From positions 4,246,201 through 4,310,200 of the forward strand of contig NC_092679.1 in NCBI RefSeq assembly GCF_964355755.1: a stretch of DNA of 64,000 nt. The letters run 5' to 3'. The translations under genes were made by a program, and so were the position numbers. Each line of letters begins with the position of its first letter. Within the stretch, counting starts at the first letter, position 1. The notes below the pieces were generated by a model. It saw only the letters and a list, made by a program, of their open reading frames with translations, had not been told where the DNA came from and searched no databases. Below are positions 1 through 9,944 of the stretch, piece after piece. Origin of the DNA: Antedon mediterranea. Lineage: Eukaryota > Animalia > Echinodermata.

Positions 1-385
1 TGACATCATCATGTCCATATATTGACACATAAAGTTTGATAGTGCTTTAAGACAAACTGGTAGAGTTAGGGTGTTGTGGCTTACATAGATGACACATTTT
101 GTGTCTGTACATTCAATGCTTTTAGTGTACAATTAACTGTTTTACTAGAAAACAATTGAGTGTACCATTTTAGTGTACGAATCTGATGTAATTCAGCGTT
201 GTATCCAATCAGAATGTTTCCTATGATGATACCAAGAAGCATTCTGAAGAACGAAAGGGCTTAATTTTTACTACTTTAATTAAATACATCTCCTGGATTT
301 GGTGCGTCCATTCCCTTACCGATGATGTCATTACAATCATGTCTCCTTCAGACCCAAACATTTGTTATTTTGACTTTACTTGTAG

Positions 386-597
386 GACACTGTACGTATC
401 TCAAAAGAGGACTACGAGATGGCGGCAGAAAAGAACATTCCCGGTCCTGTTGCCTTGTGGCATCACATCGACTGCTTCGTCGATCCTGGCAGACTAGAAG
501 AGCTGGGGTGGAAGGACACGTACTCCGGTGAACAGTTAACTGGCTTCAAAAGACTTAAAGCGGAGGATCAGAAGATTTTAAAAAAGAAGCTAGCACC
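386..597 (+). CDS. PARP1: PARP1 exon: C-terminal part of zinc finger 2
   Basis: tgtag acceptor and gtaagt donor. Reads DTVRISKEDYEMAAEKNIPGPVALWHHIDCF...GFKRLKAEDQKILKKKL, matching the PARP-type zinc finger W.H..CF motif. Ends in phase 2. Confidence 0.93.
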
Positions 598-639
598 GTA
601 AGTAAGATTGAAAATATTTGGGATTATTAATATTAATTA

Positions 640-912
640 TTATTTATACTGGGTAGCCTCTTCAGTAAAAGACTGTTCTCCCAGTGTATAGTACTATGAT
701 GAGTTTGTGGCAGTGGCTGTGTATGAACTAGTACACCGTTGTGACCCCCTACTTGTCTCGAAAGATGTACTAGGTTTATTAAAGTGCACATGTACCAGAT
801 GTGTACACTGGACCTACAAGAAGACTCGTTCTACAACCAGAACCATGGAGCACCGATGTTATGGCTACGTATTACGGTTCCGCTGTCTTAACCACTCGGT
901 CACTCACTCAGG
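640..912 (-). mobile_element. tRNA-derived SINE with Deu/Nin-like central domain
   Basis: Reverse copy of the SINE at 34052. Contains tttcgagacaagtagggg...cggtgtactag, resembling the Deu/Nin domain. A tail fragment also occurs at about 24585-24650. Confidence 0.7.
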
Positions 913-1137
913 ATTTAGACATGGATATTGTCAAAACATAACTTAACAGATTATTACGTACAGTATGTATTACACTGCTGCAGTGAGGCTATTGTATTTT
1001 TAACCAGAAGATTATTATGGGTTCCATAAATGTAAACGTCTAGTTTGGGTATTGTGCCTGGAAAATAATGTGTTTTTTCCATGTCTGGATGAACATTTTT
1101 TCTACATTTTTAAATCAGTTATATTTTGTTTTTACAG

Positions 1138-1222
1138 AAAGAGAAAAATAAAGGATGAAACAGATTCAGTTCCTAACAAAAAGATAAAGAAGGAACTAGA
1201 TGAACGAGAACAACAAATGAAG
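1138..1222 (+). CDS. PARP1: PARP1 exon: bipartite NLS / caspase-site linker
   Basis: tttacag acceptor and gtcagt donor, phase-compatible with both neighbours. Reads KRKIKDETDSVPNKKIKKELDEREQQMK. Confidence 0.9.
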
Positions 1223-1559
1223 GTCAGTTAAATATTTTATTACAACCAAAAAAACTTCAGTCTTTCCCCCCCCCCCCAAAAAATATAAAATTGATTAAAA
1301 AATGTTTGTTTTGTTTTTATTTTTCAATAGACTAGTATGTATTTATGTAATGTTGCATTTTCTAGTGTCTAGTCTTATTACCAAGCTTGTTGGCCTACAG
1401 TTAGTAGTACGGTACTCAACTGTTTAGTTTAGTAAAGCAGGCTTAATTATCGATGATGTGCCAAATAAAACATTAAGTGTGTAGTGAAGATATATGTAGA
1501 CAGGATGACGTTTCGATCGAATTGTCGGCGGACTGTTGAAATGTTTACAAAACGGCTAG

Positions 1560-2610
1560 CAGTACACGTATCATCATAACACGCAACGTACGTTACACAT
1601 GGTTTTCGCGGAATAATCGCTACATGTGTAAACAAACGCGCATCTCCGGTTGCTGCTGATGAGTGTGATTGTTACGCATCGGGCACAAAGTCAATACAGT
1701 CGCGCGCTTGGGCGATGCGGCCCTACAACAAAGGCGCCGCTTTGATGGATCGTGTTGCATGCCGCGCTCTTGATATTCTCTTGTCATTTTGTATTTTCTT
1801 TTAATTAAGTAAATAACTATAATAAATGTAGAGTGCCGGCAGTAACTAATTTTTTTGAAAAAATGCCAAAAACTGGGAATAAATGTAGAGTGCCAGCAGT
1901 AACTAACCGGAATAAATGTAGAGTGCCGGCAACTACTAACTGTGAATAAATGTAGAGTGCCTACAGTAAATAACTGGGAATAAATGTATAGTGCCGGCAG
2001 TAATTAAATGAGAATAAATGTAGAGTGCCGGCAGTAACTAACTGTGAATAAATGTAGAGTGCCTGCAGTAACTAACTGGGAATAAATTTAGAGTGCCGGC
2101 AGTAACTAACTGGAAACAACTTGAATAATATACTAATAATAACTAATGTGCATGCAATGAGATGATAAATATAGCATAATTTTATTATTTATTTTCTAAT
2201 TATTTAATTTCGCATTCATCAAGAGATCGGTCGACACAAACACTTCACGCACGTGTACCGTGTAGATTTTTGGCTATTTGCCAGTACTGTATTTGTGCCA
2301 AGCCACTATGTACGTTGTGTGCCCGATCGGCCATAAACACCACCCTAACAAGATTCGTTGGGCGTTATTGGTTATCGACGTTTTATTTGTTTGCGAGACA
2401 AAGGGGTGAACTGAAAGGCTATTGTTTTGTTATGTTAGATAATAGCACAGATTTGGCTTTTTTAAGGTTAAGGACAAGGTATTTTGTCTAGGCCTAGGCT
2501 AGGTCTTAGATCTAATAATTTGTGCCGGTCGGGAGCCTGTTTGTGCCGGTCGGAAATTCTGAGTGCCGGACGGGGCCGTCCGGCGCTGACCGGCGTGGTG
2601 AGAACCCTGC
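1560..2610. mobile_element. Probable hAT-like non-autonomous element with internal minisatellite
   Basis: CpG-rich block ending ...gtgagaaccctg (CAGGG-type terminus) with subterminal gccgg repeats. The left boundary was not identified. Confidence 0.45.
1820..2113. repeat. About 35-bp minisatellite, about 8 copies
   Basis: Unit gaataaatgtagagtgccggcagtaactaactgg. Confidence 0.9.
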
Positions 2611-2814
2611 TTATATGTAATGTCAGGGCCCTCATAAGAGACAAGACTAGTGAGGGCCCCAGTTATTGTTATATAACTGAATATATGAATAATCTCAATC
2701 ACATACCTCTTTTTTTTTAAACATTTACTACTGTATAACTATATGACATTTACGATCTTATTAGTAACACAAATATTTTATTGAACTATAGATATTCTTG
2801 GCTTTATTTTTTAG

Positions 2815-2931
2815 GCTCAAAGTCAGTTCTTGTGGACAATTCGAGACCAATTGTATCGACATGTTCCTAATGAAAATCTGAAAGAATTGCTGACGGAAAA
2901 TGGCCAAGAAATTCCTAAAGGAGAATCAAAG
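2815..2931 (+). CDS. PARP1: PARP1 exon: PADR1 N-terminal helices
   Basis: ttttag acceptor and gtatga donor. AQSQFLWTIRDQLYRHVPNENLKELLTENGQEIPKGESK aligns with vertebrate AQNDLIWNIKDEL...LKELL..N.Q.VPSGES. Confidence 0.93.
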
Positions 2932-3089
2932 GTATGATGCAGTTTTTAGGCTACTTGACTACAGACTGCAGTCTCATGCCTTTCAATGCCTTAAAGCCCC
3001 ATTTAGGCCTTATGTTCCATGTCTAAAAATGTTTACTAAATAGACTATATATATATACTATATTTTATATATATATATATATATATTTA

Positions 3090-3802
3090 TATAAATCCAA
3101 AGGCAAATTACTGAAAAAAAATGACAATGCTGTGGGTATCAGTGGCTGGATCTCAATGGAGATACAAAAATAAAAAGCGAAAAGCTAAATCAAAACGATA
3201 AAGTAAACAGCCAGAAAAGTTAGCAGAGCTTTCGGGCAACACTAGCCCTTCATCAGTGCAAGTGAGGAAATTGGATAACGTCAGAGTATAAAGCTGGCAA
3301 GTGCTGCCTGGGTGGACAGGAATAAAAGAAATATAACAAAGGGAGCCAGGGTGGAGTCTGAATAAGAGTGGAAAACAAAGAAGGTAGCTTGGTAGAGATA
3401 TAAACAATTTTGGAATGAGACTAAAAAACAGCTTAAATGGTGGTTAATATTGAAACTTAAATTTTGGTAGTCAATGGAATAATTTTACCGATCTGGGAGT
3501 ATGTTCCTAATGTTAAGTCCAAAAGGTTTTGTGGTTTTAAGTAGTAATTCCCAGTGGTTTTCTTTGTCTTTGCGAGTTTTGTCGCTCCATTTGACATCGT
3601 GGTCTATTGCAATAACTCTGAAATTTGCAATCGAGTGACCAGCTGAATTAAAATGTTCGGCTACAGGTTGATCAAGCTTTAATGTTTTGATAGCTGATCT
3701 ATGTTGTGTCATTCTCATACGGAGAGTGTTTTTTGTTTCTCCGACGTACTGTTTGCCACAAATATTACAGTATATGAGATAAATGACGTTTTTGGTTAGA
3801 CA
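3090..3802 (-). mobile_element. 5'-truncated Penelope-like retroelement (C-terminal GIY-YIG, Neptune-like) in (TA)n
   Basis: 3802-3485 reads CLTKNVIYLIYCNICGKQYVGETKNTLRMRMTQH...VAEHFN..GH...E..W...L.T..P.GLN, a PLE GIY-YIG endonuclease. It is followed by a 3' region with a hammerhead, and both ends abut (TA)n. Confidence 0.88.
3223..3259 (-). ncRNA. Minimal type I hammerhead ribozyme
   Basis: Minus strand reads GCA CUGAUGA A GGGC UAGUGUU GCCC GAAA GC UC UGC: intact core, 4-bp stem II, palindromic minimal stem III (AGCU) and stem I GCA/UGC. Confidence 0.82.
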
Positions 3803-3984
3803 ATATATATATATTATATAAACAAATCAGGCACTATATATATATATATATATATATACTATATTTTATATATAAACAAATCAGGCACAGAACATTAATT
3901 CTAAACCGCCCGGTGATATACTGAAATTTAATTAATTAATTTGAAACGATAAAGATAAGGAAATCTGTGAGAATGAGAAAAAGT

Positions 3985-4056
3985 CGCCCCAACCGAGACT
4001 CGAACTCGGACCGCCTGCTTGATATGCAGATGTCCTAACCATTAGACCACTGGGGC
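3985..4056 (-). tRNA. tRNA-like cloverleaf, anticodon ATC (Asp-like), copy 1
   Basis: GCCCCAG TG GTCT AATGGTTA GGAC A TCTGC ATATCAA GCAGG CGGT CCGAG TTCGAGT CTCGG TTGGGGC G: 72 nt, all four stems pair, A and B boxes present, TTTTT just downstream. Confidence 0.7.
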
Positions 4057-4348
4057 TTTCATGGTATTGTTCGAACTCGATTGGATAGCGACTCTTTAAC
4101 ATTCTCGGCGTGGTACGGCGGAACAGCACTAGTCCTCAGTTGTACGCACGCGCACCAGAGATCAAATTGATACGCCCTCATCTTACAGTATTTTTATTCA
4201 CGAGGCGGGATCTCAGAAGAGATACTTTTATATATATAAACAAATCAGGCACAGAACATTAATTCTAAACCGCCCGGTGATATACTGAAATTTAATTAAT
4301 TAATTTGAAACGATAAAGATAAGGAAATCTGTGAGAATGAGAAAAAGT

Positions 4349-4420
4349 CGCCCCAACCGAGACTCGAACTCGGACCGCCTGCTTGATATGCAGATGTCCT
4401 AACCATTAGACCACTGGGGC
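4349..4420 (-). tRNA. tRNA-like cloverleaf, anticodon ATC, copy 2
   Basis: Same sequence as copy 1. Confidence 0.7.
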
Positions 4421-4712
4421 TTTCATGGTATTGTTCGAACTCGATTGGATAGCGACTCTTTAACATTCTCGGCGTGGTACGGCGGAACAGCACTAGTCCT
4501 CAGTTGTACGCACGCGCACCAGAGATCAAATTGATACGCCCTCATCTTACAGTATTTTTATTCACGAGGCGGGATCTCAGAAGAGATACTTTTATATATA
4601 TAAACAAATCAGGCACAGAACATTAATTCTAAACCGCCCGGTGATATACTGAAATTTAATTAATTAATTTGAAACGATAAAGATGAGGAAATCTGTGAGA
4701 ATGAGAAAAAGT

Positions 4713-4784
4713 CGCCCCAACCGAGACTCGAACTCGGACCGCCTGCTTGATATGCAGATGTCCTAACCATTAGACCACTGGGGC
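4713..4784 (-). tRNA. tRNA-like cloverleaf, anticodon ATC, copy 3
   Basis: Same sequence as copy 1. Confidence 0.7.
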
Positions 4785-5015
4785 TTTCATGGTATTGTTC
4801 GAACTCGGTTCCAGTGGGTATGGCTATCATTGTACAGGTAACATATTTTATATATATATATATATATTTTATATATACTATATTTTCTCCTCATAAACTT
4901 CTACATTGAAACTAACTAAGTTCATAAATTATTGCAGTAAAAAGTGTAGTTTCTGCAGTTGCTTCAGTAGAAGAATGTTGTATTTTTGTTCATATTTAAC
5001 ATCTTTTTCCAATAG

Positions 5016-5224
5016 CTTCTGGACTACGTGTGTGATGGCATGGCTTTCGGTGCATTGGAGGGCTGTTCAGAATGTAAGGTTGGTCAAGTGGTGGTCGGTT
5101 CCAGTGGGTATGGCTATCATTGTACAGGTAACATATCATCATGGACCAAATGCCAATTCAAAAGCCAAACAGCTAAGAGAGGAACTTGGAACATTCCAGA
5201 AGACCTCAAAGACTTTGAATATTT
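5016..5224 (+). CDS. PARP1: PARP1 exon: zinc finger 3 (PADR1)
   Basis: LLDYVCDGMAFGALEGCSECKVGQ...YHCTGNISSWTKC has four Zn-ligand cysteines; ag acceptor and gtaagt donor. Confidence 0.95.
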
Positions 5225-5245
5225 GTAAGTACTGCAGTAACTATA

Positions 5246-5603
5246 GTGGAGATGTATTTTAGTGGTTAACATTCTTGCCTTCCAATCCTAAGGTCCAGGG
5301 TTCAATCCTGACCTGGTGCCATTGTTGTAACTCAGACACCTCTTTGAACTCAACTCCCTAAGCCTCAAATGATTAGTTTGTAAGCACGAGATTACTGGTT
5401 TGTGGGTGCTTTTAGTTTTAGAATTTAAAAAACAGAATATTTTCTAAAACAATGTGGAGCTGTAGCTTGGTGGTTAATATGCTTGCCTTCCAATCCCAAG
5501 GTCCATAGTTCAATCCTGACGTAGTGCCATTGTTGTAACTCTCACGGTTTCAACGTCTCACTCCCTAAGCCTCAAATGATTAGTTTTTTAAGCATGATAA
5601 ATT
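5246..5603 (+). mobile_element. Two tandem copies of a short tRNA-derived SINE (third copy at about 61541-61692, minus strand)
   Basis: gtggagctgtagcttggtggttaa...gttcaatcctgac...ctccctaagcctcaaatgattag at 5246, 5454 and reversed at 61692. Confidence 0.8.
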
Positions 5604-5668
5604 ATAAAACAGTTTTTCCATGCTGTAATTGGAGAGTTTCTTGCTCTTTGATGCTTTTTGAAATTTAA

Positions 5669-5780
5669 ACAGGGCCATACATGGCTGCAGTCACGTGCTC
5701 ACATAAATGTTTACTGACCAACCGACTGACCAACCAACAGACATAGTGAGCTGTAGAGTCGTGTTGCATGCGACTAAAAA
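5669..5780 (+). mobile_element. Helentron-associated (HINE/DINE-1/pearl-like) element; reverse copy at about 53805-53909
   Basis: aacagggccatacatggctgcagtcacgtgc, an internal (ACCA/ACCG)n microsatellite, and a 3' hairpin agtcgtg..tgcgact followed by an A run. Confidence 0.65.
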
Positions 5781-6002
5781 AGGAATATTTTTTTTAACAA
5801 AATACATCTAATCAAGGAACACACGTTAAGGGGACACTTTTCCTGTGAATGGATGATGGGAAATTATATAACACTGTGGTCAACTCGTTTTCAACTCAAA
5901 GGCATCCTCTTAATAGGACTTTTACTGTCATCATACATAGGATCACAGAGCTTGTATGCAAAACTAAGAAATAATATGTACAAAAATATGTTTTGTTTGT
6001 AG

Positions 6003-6095
6003 GAATACATTCAAGTTTAAGCCGTTTAACAAAGGTGTTAGAGTATTCCCTGTTGAACCAGTCCGCTCAGCAAAGCCAAGTGCCAGTATCACAAG
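6003..6095 (+). CDS. PARP1: PARP1 exon: linker after zinc finger 3
   Basis: tttgtag acceptor and gtaat donor, phase 2-2. Reads NTFKFKPFNKGVRVFPVEPVRSAKPSASIT, with the conserved R.FP. Confidence 0.85.
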
Positions 6096-6134
6096 GTAAT
6101 ATTAACTTGGTTTCAACATTTTCCATCACAAAAA

Positions 6135-6424
6135 TTATTATTATAATAATAATATATAGCGCCTAATGTTGTGAAACCTCTAAGCTCTGAAAATTATTAC
6201 CCAAGTCATTTTGGGTATGGAAACATACTCCCATAATGCAGCTAGTAATCAGCGCAAAGTTGTGTCTTGATCTAACCGGGTACCCATTTATACACCTGGG
6301 TGGAGAGAGGCAAATGTAAGTAAAGTGTCTTGCCTAATGATACAAGCAATGCTGCGAGAGTTGGATTCAAACCTTGATCTCATGATCAGTAGTCGAATGT
6401 CCAACACAATGCACCACATGCCCT
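6135..6424 (-). mobile_element. tRNA-derived SINE with Meta-like core and (TAT)n tail
   Basis: Minus strand has ggtttgaatcc, then caagacactttac..ctctccacccaggtgtataaatgggtacc, ending ggcgctatatattattat. Confidence 0.65.
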
Positions 6425-6583
6425 TACATGTAAGAATTTATTACAATAATGTTCTATTTTTTTGTTCTCTAATCTGAGCTTTTTAAAAATATTGAATTAT
6501 ACAGTATGTGCATTAAAAAATGTTTTGTTAAACCTTCCAAAACAAATTAATTTAAAATAAATAAATTAATTTATTTTAAATAG

Positions 6584-6744
6584 TATAAAAATGGAAGCGG
6601 AGCTGCCATTACAGAATGCAAAGCTAGTTCTTGGTAGTAAGCTAAGCAAACCTGTTAAAGAATTAAAGAAGGCCATTGCTTTGTTGGGAGGGACAGTCAC
6701 CACTAAAGTAGACGCAACTGTAGCATGTGTAGTTGCTACCAAAA
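6584..6744 (+). CDS. PARP1: PARP1 exon: BRCT domain part 1
   Basis: IKMEAELPLQNAKLVLGSKLSKPVKELKKAIALLGGTVTTKVDATVACVVATK; gtaagt donor. Confidence 0.9.
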
Positions 6745-6904
6745 GTAAGTAAAAAAATGCGAGAAATAAATATTGTTGTAGCCAATCGAAACAGTTAACC
6801 TTGATAGTAGGATATATGTTTCTTGATTTCACAGAAATACGATATTGTAGAAATACCATAGAGTGGAATACGATATATAAGTAACTTGATTTTAAATATT
6901 TCAG

Positions 6905-7050
6905 AGGAGGCTGAATCAAAAACCAAGAAAATAAAAGATGCAGAAGCTCACAATGTCCATGTTGTGTCGGAAGAGTTTTTAGAAGATGTGAAAAGTGGGG
7001 GCGCTGCACTCATGATAACTAAACATAGTATTTGCAACTGGGGATCAGAT
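6905..7050 (+). CDS. PARP1: PARP1 exon: BRCT domain part 2
   Basis: EAESKTKKIKDAEAHNVHVVSEEFLEDV...KHSICNWGSD; tttcag acceptor and gtaagt donor. Confidence 0.93.
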
Positions 7051-7330
7051 GTAAGTAACGGAACGTGATACGATATTAGCCAATCAGATAGTAATGTGTA
7101 CAATAATAACATTAACTTTAAGGTTAAATAAATTCAAAACATACATTTGCTGCACATGTCAAAAAGAAATAAACTCTATCAATCAACTTTGATGTTAAAA
7201 TGATCTTTGATCAGTAAGGTCTTTTAATGCAGTTTAATGTATAATGTAATGTATACCCCATGAAAAGGCAAACTACCCTAAAGCAGTCAGAGTTATTTTA
7301 TTGTTTGTGCAGACAGAATGCAAAAATTAG

Positions 7331-7470
7331 CTGATGAAAGGGCCTAGTGTTGCCCAAAAGCTCTGCCGGTTTTACTTAATAGCTTTAATTTAGCGTTTTC
7401 ATATTTTATTTCATTGAGATCCAGTCACAGAATTGTATTTTTTTTAGCAATTTGCCTTTGTATATAAATT
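7331..7470 (+). mobile_element. Degenerate 3' tail of the same PLE family with decayed hammerhead
   Basis: ctgatgaaagggcctagtgttgcccaaaagctctgc (GAAA changed to AAAA), then similarity to 3090-3220 ending ttgcctttgtatata. Confidence 0.75.
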
Positions 7471-7614
7471 GATTTAAAAAATCATACTGTCAAATTATTG
7501 AAAGTAGTATACAAACAATTCAAACTCCTTCCTATCATCCCTCACAATATTAAATTGATTGATGCAAATAATTATGGTATTTACTTAAAATATCTAATTA
7601 TTTTGTTTACTTAG

Positions 7615-7681
7615 CCTCATAATCGACTTTCTAAAGATGAAGTAGATGGAGCTAGTACGTCAAAGAATAATTTAAAATCAG
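7615..7681 (+). CDS. PARP1: PARP1 exon: automodification linker
   Basis: ttag acceptor and gtatgt donor. Phase 0-1 bridges the flanking exons. Reads PHNRLSKDEVDGASTSKNNLKSG. Confidence 0.82.
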
Positions 7682-8349
7682 GTATGTATTTTTGTGAATT
7701 ATAGAAAATACTATAAAGCTCTGTCTACACTCTCAAACATTATGTGACAAAAAAATGTGATGTGCCCATATATGGACACGATGATGTCATTTCACACTTT
7801 TTTTGTCAAACTAGTTTTATATTGTAGACAGAGTTTAAGACTATAATTGTAGAAGTTTCATTCAAATTAAAGTACTGGGCTTTTGTTGTTGGACATTTAG
7901 TATTGGATTATTATCACTTAAGAGAAAATAAACAAATTTTGTAAACAAGTCACAAACAATAAATAAATATCTCAAGATACCTAAAATAAACTACATAACA
8001 TCCAATAATCTGCGATTTGTGTGCGTTTTAATTTAAAAAAACATAAATGAAACTTAATGGGTAAAAATAACTCTTCTTAAAAATTTAAATAATTATTTCA
8101 TTAGAACAAAACTGATGTTTATATAGCTTTCTTCAAATCTTGGCCACAGTCAAGTCACCAAACTACCTCTAAAGGTTTTGTGAATGTGAATGAAATTACC
8201 CATAGTTTTGCCGTTCAAGCACCTATAAGAAAACAAACTAGACTGGTCTTCGGTTTTTTTAAAATTTCATAATACATTTTAAAGAAGTAAAACAATTTAG
8301 CATGCTTGGTTGGTTTTGGGGTTTGAGAAAGTTATTGTTATCATCATAG

Positions 8350-8424
8350 GGGCATCAGGAAAAAGCGGGTCAAAGGTTGTGAAGATGACCGTTAAAGGAG
8401 CGGCCACCGTGGACCCAGATTCAC
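8350..8424 (+). CDS. PARP1: PARP1 exon: linker into WGR
   Basis: GASGKSGSKVVKMTVKGAATVDPDS matches the conserved K.T.KG.A.VDPDS; gtaagt donor. Confidence 0.92.
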
Positions 8425-9049
8425 GTAAGTTTTTACGTGTCTATGCAGACTTAATGTAGACAATACTTTTATGCATGACACATGTTTTGTCATCCTAATG
8501 CTTTCAACGATCTTATGATCTTTTTTTTTCTCTCTTTAAATGCTATCATGCTTGTTAGATGCTATTGAACTATCTGTCTTCATTAGCCATTATTTCCAGA
8601 AATTTCTAGATTTCCTTGAATACATCCATTTTTAAACTGTGTTAACGTCGTAATTTGTGTCTTGAAAGTTTAATTTCATCAACTATACAACTATGCGTAC
8701 TTGTTAGGATCTTAGTTTATACAACATACAGTATAAAAGCATATTTCTATCTTTATGTACCGTACATAGTGGTAATATCAGCAGGGTCTAGGCTTCAATT
8801 TTCTTGCGCTATTTCCTCCTTATTTGATTTGATTTGAATTTATTAGGAAAATCATCATAAAAAATACATACAAAGTGATAACATATATTATTGACATTAC
8901 AAATAATACATTTATAAAAGATTTTCCAGGATAGATCAAAAAGCTTATTAGCTTATTTCCATTGGAATCCTTTATGATACTTTTTGAAATGTTATGAATG
9001 CATGTACAATAAAAGTAAAGTTACCAATCAAAATAAAATTCAACATTAT

Positions 9050-9242
9050 AGTTGGTCCCGTGTACATAGTGCACGTTAAAGAACTTGGTACGCTTTTCGC
9101 AAAGAGTAGGGGATCGTCTCCCGGTGTGCTGATCTGGTAGGCGCTGCACTGCTGGATGCTGTGGGTCCGTGGAGGGCCTAATCTGAATTTCCTCAGTTTC
9201 CAGTTAAGCTTGGGGACAAATATAAATACCTTTACCTTTACT
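9050..9242 (+). mobile_element. Deu/Nin-like SINE fragment
   Basis: ggtcccgtgtac..gcacgttaaagaac..ttttcgcaaagagtagggg..cccggtgtgctg, with a (TACCTT)n-like tail. Confidence 0.6.
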
Positions 9243-9360
9243 TATATAAAATAGAGAAAATATATATATATTATTTTGTTAATTCTCTGTATAAAATAAT
9301 GCTTTGATTTTCTGGAAAAGCCCTTTATAAATAATGATTAATAATATTATGCAATGTTCT

Positions 9361-9600
9361 GGAGTTGAATAGCCGAGTGGTTAGGACACTTGACTATCAT
9401 ACAGATAGACTTGGGTTCAATTCCCGACAACTCCCAGTCCACTCGGCTGTAAATGAGTACCTACGTTGAAAATACTAGGGAGAAAAAAGGCGGCGTGGAA
9501 AGGAACTGGCCACCCTACCACATAATGCCGAGGCTTAGTACAATGAGCTCCTAACAGCTCATTCCCCTACGTTCAGAATGAACATGGGACTCGCCTTCAA
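9361..9600 (+). mobile_element. tRNA-derived SINE (second copy at about 32300-32512, minus strand)
   Basis: A box tagccgagtgg, B box ggttcaattcc; dispersed reverse copy. Confidence 0.8.
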
Positions 9601-9944
9601 TATGCAATGGCGGATTTTGAATGGCGACGCTCGCAGCTAACAATACATCTAACATACAATTCCATCAATGGTTAAAGGTGAGTATAAAGAATTGAACAAA
9701 GTAGTTTTAAAAACTTGATTGTAAACTGTAGGATAAATGACTGTAAAGCTCCCTCATAATTTATACGAATTGTTTACAAATATATGAAGTAGAGCATGGT
9801 AATTTAGATACAGCGATGCAGTATCCAGGGTACACACATGGCATGTAAAGATGGCCAGGTATTGATATCTGTTTATAAGATAATATGCCGTGGAATGTTG
9901 ATAACACCTAAAGTGCCAATAAAACGCTAATTTAGGTTTTACTG

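Larger units (their letters stand above)
3870..4807 (-). repeat. Tandem array of 364-bp tRNA-containing units (about 2.6 copies) separated by (TA)n
   Basis: Near-identical units at offset 364, shown by duplicate ORFs at 3932 and 4296. The third unit is truncated at 4807. Confidence 0.95.

Noticed and set aside
4060-4140. CTGAGGA...GAAA on the minus strand of the tRNA unit as a second hammerhead
   Set aside because: No convincing stem II closing pair and no stem I/III pairing were found.
3932-4493. Duplicated 65-aa ORFs
   Set aside because: They read through the tRNA-like repeat unit and show no protein features.
6566-7009. 147-aa minus-strand ORF
   Set aside because: Antisense shadow of the two BRCT exons; no recognisable domain.
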